Shown: positions 53,885 through 64,000 of the stretch, piece after piece
Layout of the letters: each line of letters starts with the position of its first letter
How positions within the stretch are numbered: the first letter of the stretch is position 1
From: Eledone cirrhosa
Lineage: Eukaryota
Assembly (NCBI GenBank): GCA_964016885.1
Contig: OZ024749.1
Location: forward strand, 56,296,001 to 56,360,000
Length of the DNA: 64,000 nucleotides
Reading direction: 5' to 3'
Program-made: the position numbers and the translations under genes
Notes under the pieces: model-generated
What the model was told of the DNA's origin: nothing
What the model saw: the letters and a program-made list of their open reading frames with translations, nothing else
Database searches by the model: none

Positions 53885-54045
53885 GGATTCCAATGTAAAC
53901 CGGAAGGTGACCATTGTCAAAAATTGTACTCAATACATTAATAGAGTATAGGTTTACTTTTCAGGACTAGAACTGTTTCATTCATAAGAAATCATCAGGA
54001 TTCTCCTGATGATTTCTTATGAATGAAACAGTTCTAGTCCTGTAG
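53885..54045 (+). repeat. Hairpin-ended element (39-bp perfect arms) with hammerhead-like core
   Basis: 53962-54000 is the reverse complement of 54004-54042 and contains CTGATGA..GAAAC..GTC. The upstream GTACTCAATAC..AGAGT resembles the 5085 family. Confidence 0.6.
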
Positions 54046-54069
54046 AACTCATTTCTTTAATAATAATAA

Positions 54070-54125
<56 letters not shown>

Positions 54126-54631
54126 GTGTGTGTGTGTATAGAAAGATGGGGGGAGGGGACGGCAGGGGGAGGAGAAGGGTGACAGACATACAGAATAGAT
54201 AGATAGTGAGAAAAAGAGACATACAGACAGAGAGCTAGCAAAGATAGAAAGCAGCAAGCTAACCATTATTAAGAGATACAATTTTAAAGGTGACAAACCC
54301 CATAGTTCTTCTCAGTTTAATTATATGTTTTCCTTGTTCTAACAATCTCTTACATCTGTGGGGCCCAATTATTTTGGCAGCTCAGTTTTCATATAGAAGC
54401 TTACTTTATATACACATACACATACACACAGGCAGATAGACACACACATATATATATTTATATATATATAGAGAGAGAGAGATAAATATATACATATACA
54501 CACATATATATATATATACATATACACATAAATATATACATATATACATATATATATATATATACACATATCATCATCATCGTTTAACGTCTATCTTCCA
54601 CGCTAGCATGGGTTAGACTATATCATCATCA

Positions 54632-54699
<68 letters not shown>

Positions 54700-54722
54700 C
54701 ATATAAATGTATATATATATTT

Positions 54723-54761
<39 letters not shown>

Positions 54762-54788
54762 TATATATATATACACACATATATATAA

Positions 54789-54819
<31 letters not shown>

Positions 54820-54940
54820 CCCACACACACACACACATATATATACATACATACATATATACATCATATATATATATACACATATATATATATATATATA
54901 CATATATACACACACACACACGTATGTGTGTATATATACA

Positions 54941-54984
<44 letters not shown>

Positions 54985-55555
54985 CATACACACACAGCAA
55001 TGTTGCTAGTTAGGGGCAGGGAACAGCTCTGTAGTCCAACTACTCCAAGACATTCACTGAGGCATGTCTTCATGTCTTCAGCAGACAAATGCAGTTCCAC
55101 ACAAAAGCAGACGCAGATAATAATTGTGCAGAAGGAAAGAATGTGCAATGCATTTCCTATTGTGCATTTTTCCGTCTATTATTCTAGCATGTCCTTTACA
55201 GCTGTCATGTCATTCCCCACCGCACACCAACCTCCCTCTTCTCCCATTGCAACTATGAATTCTTCTCCTTCTTATTCTTGTACTGTCTTGGTCTGCTTAA
55301 AGGGGCAGACATCTACACACATTTCCTTGTGTAGTTTAGTTTTAGTTCAGTCATTGTTAAGGATTACCAAGAAACATTTCTAAACAAAACACATTAAACT
55401 AGGATTAAAAAAAGTTTAATCAATAAACATCTTCTATCAGAAGAGATTATGATAATTAGGATAATGTAACAAACTTAAACTGATAATGTCTCACATTTTA
55501 GTTTTATGGGTTTTTTTTCTTTTTATATTGTGTTTTTTTTTTGTTTTTTTTCCAT

Positions 55556-55885
55556 ATTTGAACCTTGGTTCACAAACACCTCACATCACAAACAAATTGG
55601 TTCACGAACAGAAAACATTTCGGATCATGAATGGTGTCTCAAGTAATGAACACGCAAGCCGGCAACAATGGCTGGCAACAAGCTTGGAGTATCAATGGGA
55701 AAGCGGCACTTGCTGTGTAGTTAGTTATCATGGTGATATCTATCTGTCTTTCACACACAGTCTCTCTCTCTCTTTCTCTCACTGTATTTCATTTTCAACA
55801 TTTCGGATAGTTTCAGTTTACGAACATTTCGGGTAAAAAATGGCTTTCAGGAATGAATTAAGTTCCTAAACCGAAGTTTCACTAT
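55556..55885. mobile_element. Degenerate pogo/Tigger-type MITE
   Basis: Decayed TIRs TGAACCTTGGTTCACAAAC / GTTCCTAAACCGAAGTTTCACTA, followed by TA, with internal sub-terminal GTT(C/T)ACGAACA repeats. Confidence 0.55.
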
Positions 55886-56287
55886 ATATAACCAAAAATA
55901 ATATCAAAAATATTGTAGAACTCTGTAGAAATACTAGTGCCAGAATAGGACTAGAAATTAGCATCACAGAGGCATTGGACCTGACCGACTGATTCCTCTT
56001 TGCCTCGGGTCTTTGTTGAGACATCAACAAATTATTAAATAAATAAGTAAATACATAACAATAATATTTCCATCAAGCTGTGTATTAACACATATATATA
56101 TATATATATATAGAGATAGAGAGAGAGGGGGGGGGAGGGTCTCCTCACATAAACAATTTCTAATTTTAATAAATTCAGAAGTTGAAAAAAAAGAGAACTT
56201 AATGCAAATTGTTGATACTGAAAATAGATTTCCTTCATATATATATACACATATAAATAAATAAATAAATAAATAAATAAATATACT

Positions 56288-56351
<64 letters not shown>

Positions 56352-56357
56352 ACTTAC

Positions 56358-56481
56358 TGTTTCCATGTATTGGAGAAATTTCTTATTTGTTTCATCTTTA
56401 TTGAAGTTTTGCAGATATTTCTGTCTGTATGCTAAAACAGTGTCAATGTGTGTCTTGTGTTTCACAGCTAGCTCGAGAGCC
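56358..56481 (-). CDS. IFT80: Intraflagellar transport protein 80, penultimate coding exon
   Basis: Acceptor TTGTTTCAG, 1 nt plus 41 codons [41 protein letters not shown], donor GTAAGT. Matches the remembered IFT80 motif [23 protein letters not shown]...ETNKRYL. Confidence 0.95.
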
Positions 56482-56609
56482 CTGAAACAACATGAAACAT
56501 TTACAGTTAATAATCTCTCACAAACTAACTTAAGGGAGTTAGTTACTTGGAAATATGACATATATATAGAGAGAGAATCATTAGAACATCTGACTGATAC
56601 AATGACAAG

Positions 56610-56835
56610 TCAGTCAATCATATTGGTGGCCTCCCCACAGCCCTGGCGGACAGAACAGAGGACAGCAAGGGAGACGCGCTGGAAAAGCCATTCCAGCTCG
56701 CGAGGCTCACACCTGCGGCTGGCCAGCTCAGCGCCTATGGTGGTGAATAGAAAGGTAACCCTAGGGCCGAGGACACCAGAAGTCTCCACTGCCAAGGGTA
56801 CGACCGCAAACCTGTTGGAGAATGACCGGATCTTT
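56610..56835 (-). mobile_element. CRE-like (RLE-type) non-LTR retrotransposon C-terminal fragment
   Basis: GC-rich island encoding FAVVPLAVETSGVLGP..EPRELEWLFQRVSLAV, resembling the P.AVET.G..G...QRLSLA motif of CRE-clade elements. Confidence 0.65.
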
Positions 56836-57305
56836 CACAAATAGATATCACACCCACAAAACATTTACAGTTAATACAATAATCCTTCACAACTAGATAT
56901 CACACACCCACATAATCTTCCATTAATGAATAGCGCAGTATCAAGGGAGACAATTCGTAAAAATACCCAGCATGTTAAAGGTGAACAAAAAACATCAACA
57001 AATGGTTTTCTCACTTTGAAAGTTACAGCTGTTGTCTTTAATGGAATAAATCACAAAACCTGGTAGACTACACAGAAATGGTATTTCTAAAACATAAAAC
57101 TTTATTTACAGAAATTCTCCATCTGAATTCTGCTGTCTCATGCTAAATATTATTCAATATAGAAAATAATTAAAAAATAAAATCTGTGATAAATTCATTT
57201 TGACATTTTAGAAACTTAATTTAAATCCAAAATACAGATAGAAAAATGAAAATGGAAAATAAAAAAAAAAATTTCTTAAAGCTGGCTAAGATGTTTATCA
57301 AATTG

Positions 57306-57346
<41 letters not shown>

Positions 57347-57560
57347 CATATAAATATATAAATATTTATAAATATATGTACATATACATGTATATAAATA
57401 TATGTACATATGGACCAATACATATATATATATATATATATAGACCAATGCATATATATATATGTATATATACATATATATATATATCTACATCTACATA
57501 CAAACATATATACATATATATATACATATAGATGTATATATATATATATATATATACATG

Positions 57561-57592
<32 letters not shown>

Positions 57593-57825
57593 TGTACACC
57601 TACACATAACTATATATACACAGCTAGATAGATAGATAAACGCACATACAAACCAGACATAAAAACAAAAACACTATTATGTAAATAAGGAAGAGAACTG
57701 CTAAAAATCAATGTAAAAATAAATATTAAATAATATTATTTCAGAGAAAAAGATGAACAAATGTCAAAGTCGACTGTAGTCTACATGTAGACCTCAGTCT
57801 AGGAACAGAACAGATAATAATAGTA

Positions 57826-58000
57826 ATAATTGTTTCTACTTTTGGCACAAGGCCAGCAATTACTGCAGTGTATTACTGGTACTTTATTTTATCAAACCCG
57901 TAAGGATTTGTCAGGATTTGAACTCAGAACGTAACGGGACGTAACATTATGCTGTAAGGTATAGTGGCCGACACTTTCCTGATACTGGCAATCCACCAAC
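57826..58000 (-). mobile_element. Diverged tRNA-derived SINE
   Basis: Reverse complement of the 1727 family with an internal deletion. Confidence 0.75.
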
Positions 58001-58009
58001 CTTTTATTA

Positions 58010-58093
<84 letters not shown>

Positions 58094-58454
58094 ATTTTTT
58101 TGCCATATAATATAAAGAAAAACAATCGTAACTTCGAAAATGATGAAACTCCAAAGAATGTGAGCCGAGGTATACCTGTACATAGAAATAAAATGATCTA
58201 AAACAATTAAAATAACAAAAGAATAAATAATACTGCATACTAAATTCATTATAAATAAATAATGAAATGTTTGCCCTGCAGTAGGAAATATTTAGGGTGA
58301 ATTATTATTATTTTTATCATCATCATCGTCATCATTTCAAGAAATGAATTCCCTCAGGTTGAAGTGGGTGATAGAAAATGGCTCATTATATGCAGAGCAG
58401 AAGAATATAGAAGAAAAATTAACATAGAACCACAAGATGTAATGTCTGTTGTAA

Positions 58455-58552
<98 letters not shown>

Positions 58553-59281
58553 TATATTTTATATATATAATTTATATAATTATATATATATATTTATATA
58601 ATTATATACGTTTATATATATATGTATATATATATATATATGTTTTTTTTTCAATTTTTACATCAGATTTATATTTTGTTTTTATGATTAAGCAGTTTAA
58701 ATTATTAAAGAAGGCTAATTAAAATAAATAAATAAATAAATAAAACAACAGCAGAGAAAAAAAAGAAAAAACTTCATACAGGTTTAACATGAACAAAGTG
58801 ACTGAGGCTACAGAAGAAGAACAACAACAAATAAATAAATGAATGTATCTCGTTAAATGTAATGCCAGATAATAAATAATAAAAGAACTTGCATAATTTG
58901 AATGACTAAGGCTAACCTTTTGAAATCTAATTAGTACCAGGTAAAATTGGTTTCAGATTCAAAAAATATCTTTCAAATATAGGGCATCCTTGAAATTTAA
59001 AATGTTGGAATAAAAGGCACAAACATATATTCACATATATTCACACATAGGTTGAAATCTACCAACTTTACCATTGACATACCTGTATCTAGAACGAGAG
59101 AGAACTATATAGAGCATGTCCTTCAAAATCACATGTGATTTAGTGTCTGGAAACAGAGCCCATTATTTTGTGTGTGTGTTTGACTACGAGGAGTTTCACA
59201 TACACTAGGTACGACAATAAGGAAGTATACATATAGCCTCATATATCCATCTATAATTCTCAGATCTTCATATATAAACCT

Positions 59282-59875
59282 CATCATCATCATCGTTTAA
59301 CGTCTATCTTCCACGCTAGCATGGGTTAGATGGGAATTATCCCACTTGAGACAAGATTGATTGGGTGACCATGTCTCGCTCATATAGGACCATCTGGAAG
59401 GGTTTCTACGGCTGGATGCCCTTCCTAACACCAACCACATTTACAGTGTGGACTGGGAGGTTTTTACCGTGTTACCTACACGGCCACACTACAGTATGGA
59501 CTGTTTTTTTTTTTTGTTGTGACACCTACACAACCTCATTATTTGGACTGGATGTTGTGGTACCAACATAACTTTACAGAAAAAGGGTGGTGTTGGTGGG
59601 AGTGGAAGGATGGAGTAGGGGTAGTGGGTTGGGGTGTATATTTGGTTAAGAGGTGCCTACTGACTGTAGGTTTCGCTTTGTACATAGGCAAGGCGGGTCT
59701 TCTGTATCACTGCGTGGCGCCAAAGATCTCGGTCCAGTGATATTGTCTTAGAGAGGTGCAAGTGTGTAAGGTCGGAATTTATCAGATCGTCCCAGGTTTT
59801 TCTGGGTCTACCTATTCCGTAACTTCCATCCATTTTGATCGCCCTGCACTTTTTTATACAGCTGTCGTCTTTATA
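59282..59875 (-). mobile_element. RTE-clade LINE 3' fragment with long 3' UTR
   Basis: Encodes DDSCIKKC..GRPRKTWDD..DRDLWRHAVIQKTR (stop 59657). The UTR contains GGTGTTAGGAAGGGCATCCAGCCGTAGAAA and ends CCCATGCTAGCGTGGAAGATAGACGTTAAACGATGATGATG. Confidence 0.8.
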
Positions 59876-61323
59876 TCCATCTACAAACCTCATATCCTTA
59901 AATATATATTCATCTATAAACCTAATCTATCCATCTATAAACCTCATATATTCTTATATCCCTCTATAAACCTAATCTATCTCTCTATAAACCTCAACAA
60001 AGACAGACAATTATATAGGACATGTCCTTCAGAATCACGTATGAGTTAGTGTCTGTAAACAGAGCCCGTTATTTTATGTGTGTGTGTTTGATTATGAGGA
60101 GTTTCCCCTACATTAATTTCAACATCAAGGAGATATCCTCATATATCGATACATATCCATATATCCATCTATAAACCTCAATTTAATATCAGAATTCATT
60201 ATCCAAACATGGCAGCACCAAACTGAAGAATGCCATCTCACAAATAAGAAAAAAGTCAAAAATAAGTTTTTAAAAAAAAAGAAAATCTACCCACAAGTGA
60301 CTTTAAACTAATTTATTTCTCTTTTAATCAATAATCTGTTGTTGTTGTTGTTCATTATCTATAAACCAGCTTGTTTTATTTATCTATTGATAATTATAAA
60401 CTCCCTTAAAAACATCATCATCATCATCACCATAATCTTAATCATCATCATTATTAACACCATAATCATCATCATCATCATCACTATAACCATTATCATC
60501 ATTACCATAATCATCATTATCATCATTATTATTATCACCGTCATTATCACCATCATTGTCACCATTGTAATCATCAACATCATCACCATCATCAATATCA
60601 TTAGCATCAGCAGCAGCATCATTATCGTTAAAACAGCTTTTATCATCATCATAAACATTATCACCATCATCATCACCATCATAATCATCATCACCACCAC
60701 CATAATCGTTATCATCACCATAATCACCATAATCACCATAATCATCATCATCACCTTAATCATCATCATAATAATTATTATCACTCTCATCATCATCATC
60801 ACCACCATCATCATCATCACTATCATCACCACCACCACCACCGCCATCATGTGTGTGTGTGTGTGTGTATACAGCAAGACAGCGGTGGGAGAAGTTACTC
60901 TGGCTTAAGACAATGTTTGCTCGGAAAACGTAGCGAAAAATAATTAAAGAGAAAACAACAGTATTTACCGAAGACCCAATCTAAACTGGGGTGGGGGGTG
61001 GAGACGAGGGGGACCCCCCCCCCGCCCCCGCCGTTCTCTTTCATATTAATTTGTTCACAGGATGATTAAATGTCATAAATTTGCCTGGCTTTGATCTCAC
61101 CCGCCTCTCTCTCTACCAACACTTCCGCCACCACCAGCAAACATTTCTCCCACTCTCTTTCTCTCCTACCCTCTCTTTATCTCTCTCCCTCTGATTCTGT
61201 CCATCTATCTTCCTCTCTCTATTTGTCTATCTCTCACTCTATCTATCACTCCCTCTCTCTCTCTATCTCTACACTCTATCCCTATCACTCACTCTCTCTC
61301 TATCTCTCTATATATCTCACACA

Positions 61324-61385
<62 letters not shown>

Positions 61386-61854
61386 CTCTTCTTCCACAAT
61401 GGAAATTAATGGAAAATTGTAATTAAATTAATGTGGAATATAAAAGCAGCAACATCTACTGGCAGACAAGCCATCAATCATGAATTCCCTCAGGATATAT
61501 AAACAGACAATTTGAAAATCTTAATATCTAAAGGAGAAACAACAAATGTACAAGATGTAATAGAACGAAACGAGGGAAAAAATTATGATCTTCTGTGTGG
61601 CTATGTGTGTATATATATGTTATATATAATATATATTACATATATATATTATATATATATATATTACATATTTATATTATATACATATATAACATATATA
61701 TATATGTTATAAATATATATATATATTATATATATATATTACATATATATATATGTTATAAATATATATATATATTATATATATATATTACATATATATA
61801 TATATTATATATATATTACATATATATATTATATAAATATATATATATATATGT

Positions 61855-61906
<52 letters not shown>

Positions 61907-62408
61907 ACATATATATGTTATATATATATGTATTACACACACATATATATATGATACACACACCCACACACACATATATATATATCATATACACGCACGT
62001 GTGTGTGTGTGTAAACAACGTGTATGTATATATGATGTGTATAAATATATATGTATATAATGGTGTGTCTGTGTTAGTCTGCATATGTGTATGTGGGCGG
62101 TGTAGTGGTATAAAAATACACATCAATAACTTTATCTATGATATGCATATGTAGATCTATTTTAGAAACAGTGTTTCATCTGTATACAGAGTATCACATG
62201 AAAGATTGTGGAGCCTACTTATAACTTATCAACTTTATTGATTGATTGGGGTGTATATATATATATATATATATATATGTAAAAGTTCTATTTAAATTGT
62301 TGGGATACAACAAGCAAATATTTTTATAACTGATATAAAGCACTCAACAAATAATTGGAGTAAAAATACGATATTAACAAATGGAAACTATATTTATAAA
62401 ACCATATT

Positions 62409-62473
62409 TATTTCATTATACATATTTCAAGGACACCAAGTTAAATTATGGTGTCCTTTCATCAGATAAAATA
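62409..62473 (-). ncRNA. Minimal type I hammerhead ribozyme fold (best-paired copy)
   Basis: CUGAUGA / GAAA core, perfect 10-bp stem II AAGGACACCA:UGGUGUCCUU, 8-bp stem I, AUA triplet. Confidence 0.75.
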
Positions 62474-62614
62474 TAATATAGAGCAGTTTTATAAATAAAT
62501 ATTGTCATACCCTTAAAGAATGCAACCATTACTGACTATCCGGGAGCTTCCAACAGTAATGGTCGCATTCTTTAAGGGTATGTCAATATTTATTTATAAA
62601 ACTGCTCTATATTA

Positions 62615-62679
62615 TATTTTATCTGATGAAAGCACACCATAATTTAACTTGGTGTCCTTGAAATATGTATAATGAAATA
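62615..62679 (+). ncRNA. Minimal type I hammerhead ribozyme fold
   Basis: Same fold on the plus strand, with one C:C mismatch in stem II. Confidence 0.68.
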
Positions 62680-62718
62680 AATATGGTTTTATAAATATAG
62701 TTTCCATTTGTTAATATC

Positions 62719-62760
<42 letters not shown>

Positions 62761-62765
<5 letters not shown>

Positions 62766-62900
62766 AAAGAGTTGGGATCTGACGTCTGGAACTAGCTGTT
62801 GAAACTGCAAGATCTCAGCTGTCGGGTCCCGTCTCTTTATAATACATCCATACTCTACTACCCCAAGTATTGTGTACTCTGTTGTGTAATGCTCTAATAT
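62761..62900 (-). repeat. Inverted degenerate relative of the 6200/5085 hairpin family
   Basis: ATACTCTACTACCCCAAGTATTGTGTACTCTGTTG is the reverse complement of the family motif. TAAAGAG...CTCTTTA arms, within (TA)n. Confidence 0.55.
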
Positions 62901-62954
62901 ATTAATATATATATATATTAGACCATATATATATATATATATAGTGGTAAAAAA

Positions 62955-63250
62955 AAACTCTCAGGAGAGCTGGACAGCAGATCTTCAGAGAAGAAACTCT
63001 CAGGGGAGCTGGACAGCAGCAGGTCTTCGGAGAAGAAACTCTCAAGAAAGCTGGACAGTAGAAGGTCTTCAGAGAAGAAACTCTCAAGAAAGCTGGACAG
63101 CAGCAGGTCTTCAGAGAAGAAACTCTCAAGAAAGCTGGACAGCAGCAGGTCTTCAGAGAAGAAACTCTCAAGAAAGCTGGACAGTAGAAGGTCTTCAGAG
63201 AAGAAACTCTCAAGAAAGCTGGACAGCAGCAGGTCTTCAGAGAAGAAACC
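62955..63250. repeat. 42-bp minisatellite (~7 units)
   Basis: Unit AGAAACTCTCAAGAAAGCTGGACAGCAGCAGGTCTTCAGAGA. Confidence 0.92.
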
Positions 63251-63943
63251 CCTCTCAAACAAGTGATTTGGCCCTTCAGTCAATTTGGTCAATTCAGTCA
63301 AGTCTCCCCTTCCTCCAAAATATTGTTGGCCCTATGCCTAAATCTGAAACGATTATCATAAATTCTAGATGAGGGCAACGTCTTCTCCTTCTTTCTGTCA
63401 CACACTCACATACACACTCTCTCTCACTCTCTCTCACTAAATATTTATGTACATCTCTTTTGCTTGGTGCTCTCCCTCTCTATATGAAGTGAGTGTAACA
63501 GACTGATGGACAGACAGCGTTCTTATTATGATATAACTGTCTATCTATCTACCTCTTCTTGCCACCTCAAAAACACATGGTGTTCACTTTTCTCTCTCTA
63601 TGTATATATCTCTTGCTTGGCACTCCCCCTCTCTCTATATCAACTGAGCGTGACGGATGGATAAACAGACAGGCAGTGTTCTTCTTATAATATATATTAT
63701 TATTATTTTTATTTTTTTATTTTAGAAATAATTGTAATTCACTCGTCTGAAATTCCAATCATAGTTTATTCACTTCAACAGACAGATTTAATTAGGTCTA
63801 TAGGCCATACCAGAACTTTCTTCTCTTTTTCCTATTGTTACTTCTCAAATTAAGCATTAAGCAGCCCCTACTCGGTCTCTTTCAAAACTATTTCACCACC
63901 TCACAAATTCTTAAAACTCCTAGTTTTTCCACCAACTCAAACA

Positions 63944-64000
63944 ATAATTATTTCTACTTTTGGCACAAGGCCAGCAATTATACCCAGTGCATTACTGGTA
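63944..64000 (-). mobile_element. tRNA-SINE 3' end, truncated by the window edge
   Basis: TTTCTACTTTTGGCACAAGGCCAGCAATTA..CAGTGCATTACTGGTA matches the family tail. Confidence 0.7.

Larger units (their letters stand above)
62279..62719 (-). mobile_element. Penelope-like fold-back element (~168-bp arms, 19-nt loop) in (TA)n
   Basis: 62366-62533 is the reverse complement of 62553-62722. Same family as 47506-48200. Confidence 0.78.

Noticed and set aside
62902-63372. ORFs with a 14-aa repeat open in several frames
   Set aside because: A 42-bp minisatellite with no recognisable domain or splice support.
63450-63700. Possible Helitron-like ends (also 10735-10880)
   Set aside because: Only a GACA/GTCA microsatellite next to a TATA-rich end is visible, with no 3' hairpin or CTRR terminus identified.
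56482-64000. Next upstream IFT80 exon
   Set aside because: No segment encoding the expected preceding residues (ending in a W-x-R-like motif) with a donor was found. It probably lies beyond the window.

Overview
AT-rich, microsatellite-saturated animal DNA. The repeat content suggests a coleoid cephalopod such as Octopus, which is an inference. The only host gene recognisable is IFT80 on the minus strand. A 124-bp coding exon (56358-56481) splices in phase 0 to the terminal coding exon (2927-3028) across a ~53-kb intron that contains a 200-N gap. The intron holds an apparently full-length Tx1/L1-type LINE with two open ORFs (ORF1 gag-like CCHC; ORF2 APE-RT-zinc finger). It sits head-to-tail with two 5'-truncated copies of a sister subfamily, all inside one (GATA)n microsatellite. 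A related 3' end lies inside a (CAT)n tract. Other retroelements also sit in particular simple repeats: an R4/Dong-like fragment in (TAA)n, and RTE fragments and Penelope-like inverted-repeat elements with hammerhead ribozyme folds in (TA)n. The window also has CR1 and CRE fragments, many tRNA-derived SINEs (some stacked in tandem), piggyBac-type and pogo-type MITEs, and several minisatellites. The main candidate for something new is a set of Tx1 lineages that lack poly(A) tails, share a 3' terminus and appear to partition ATC-containing microsatellites as targets. All calls come from reading the sequence; no database searches were run.
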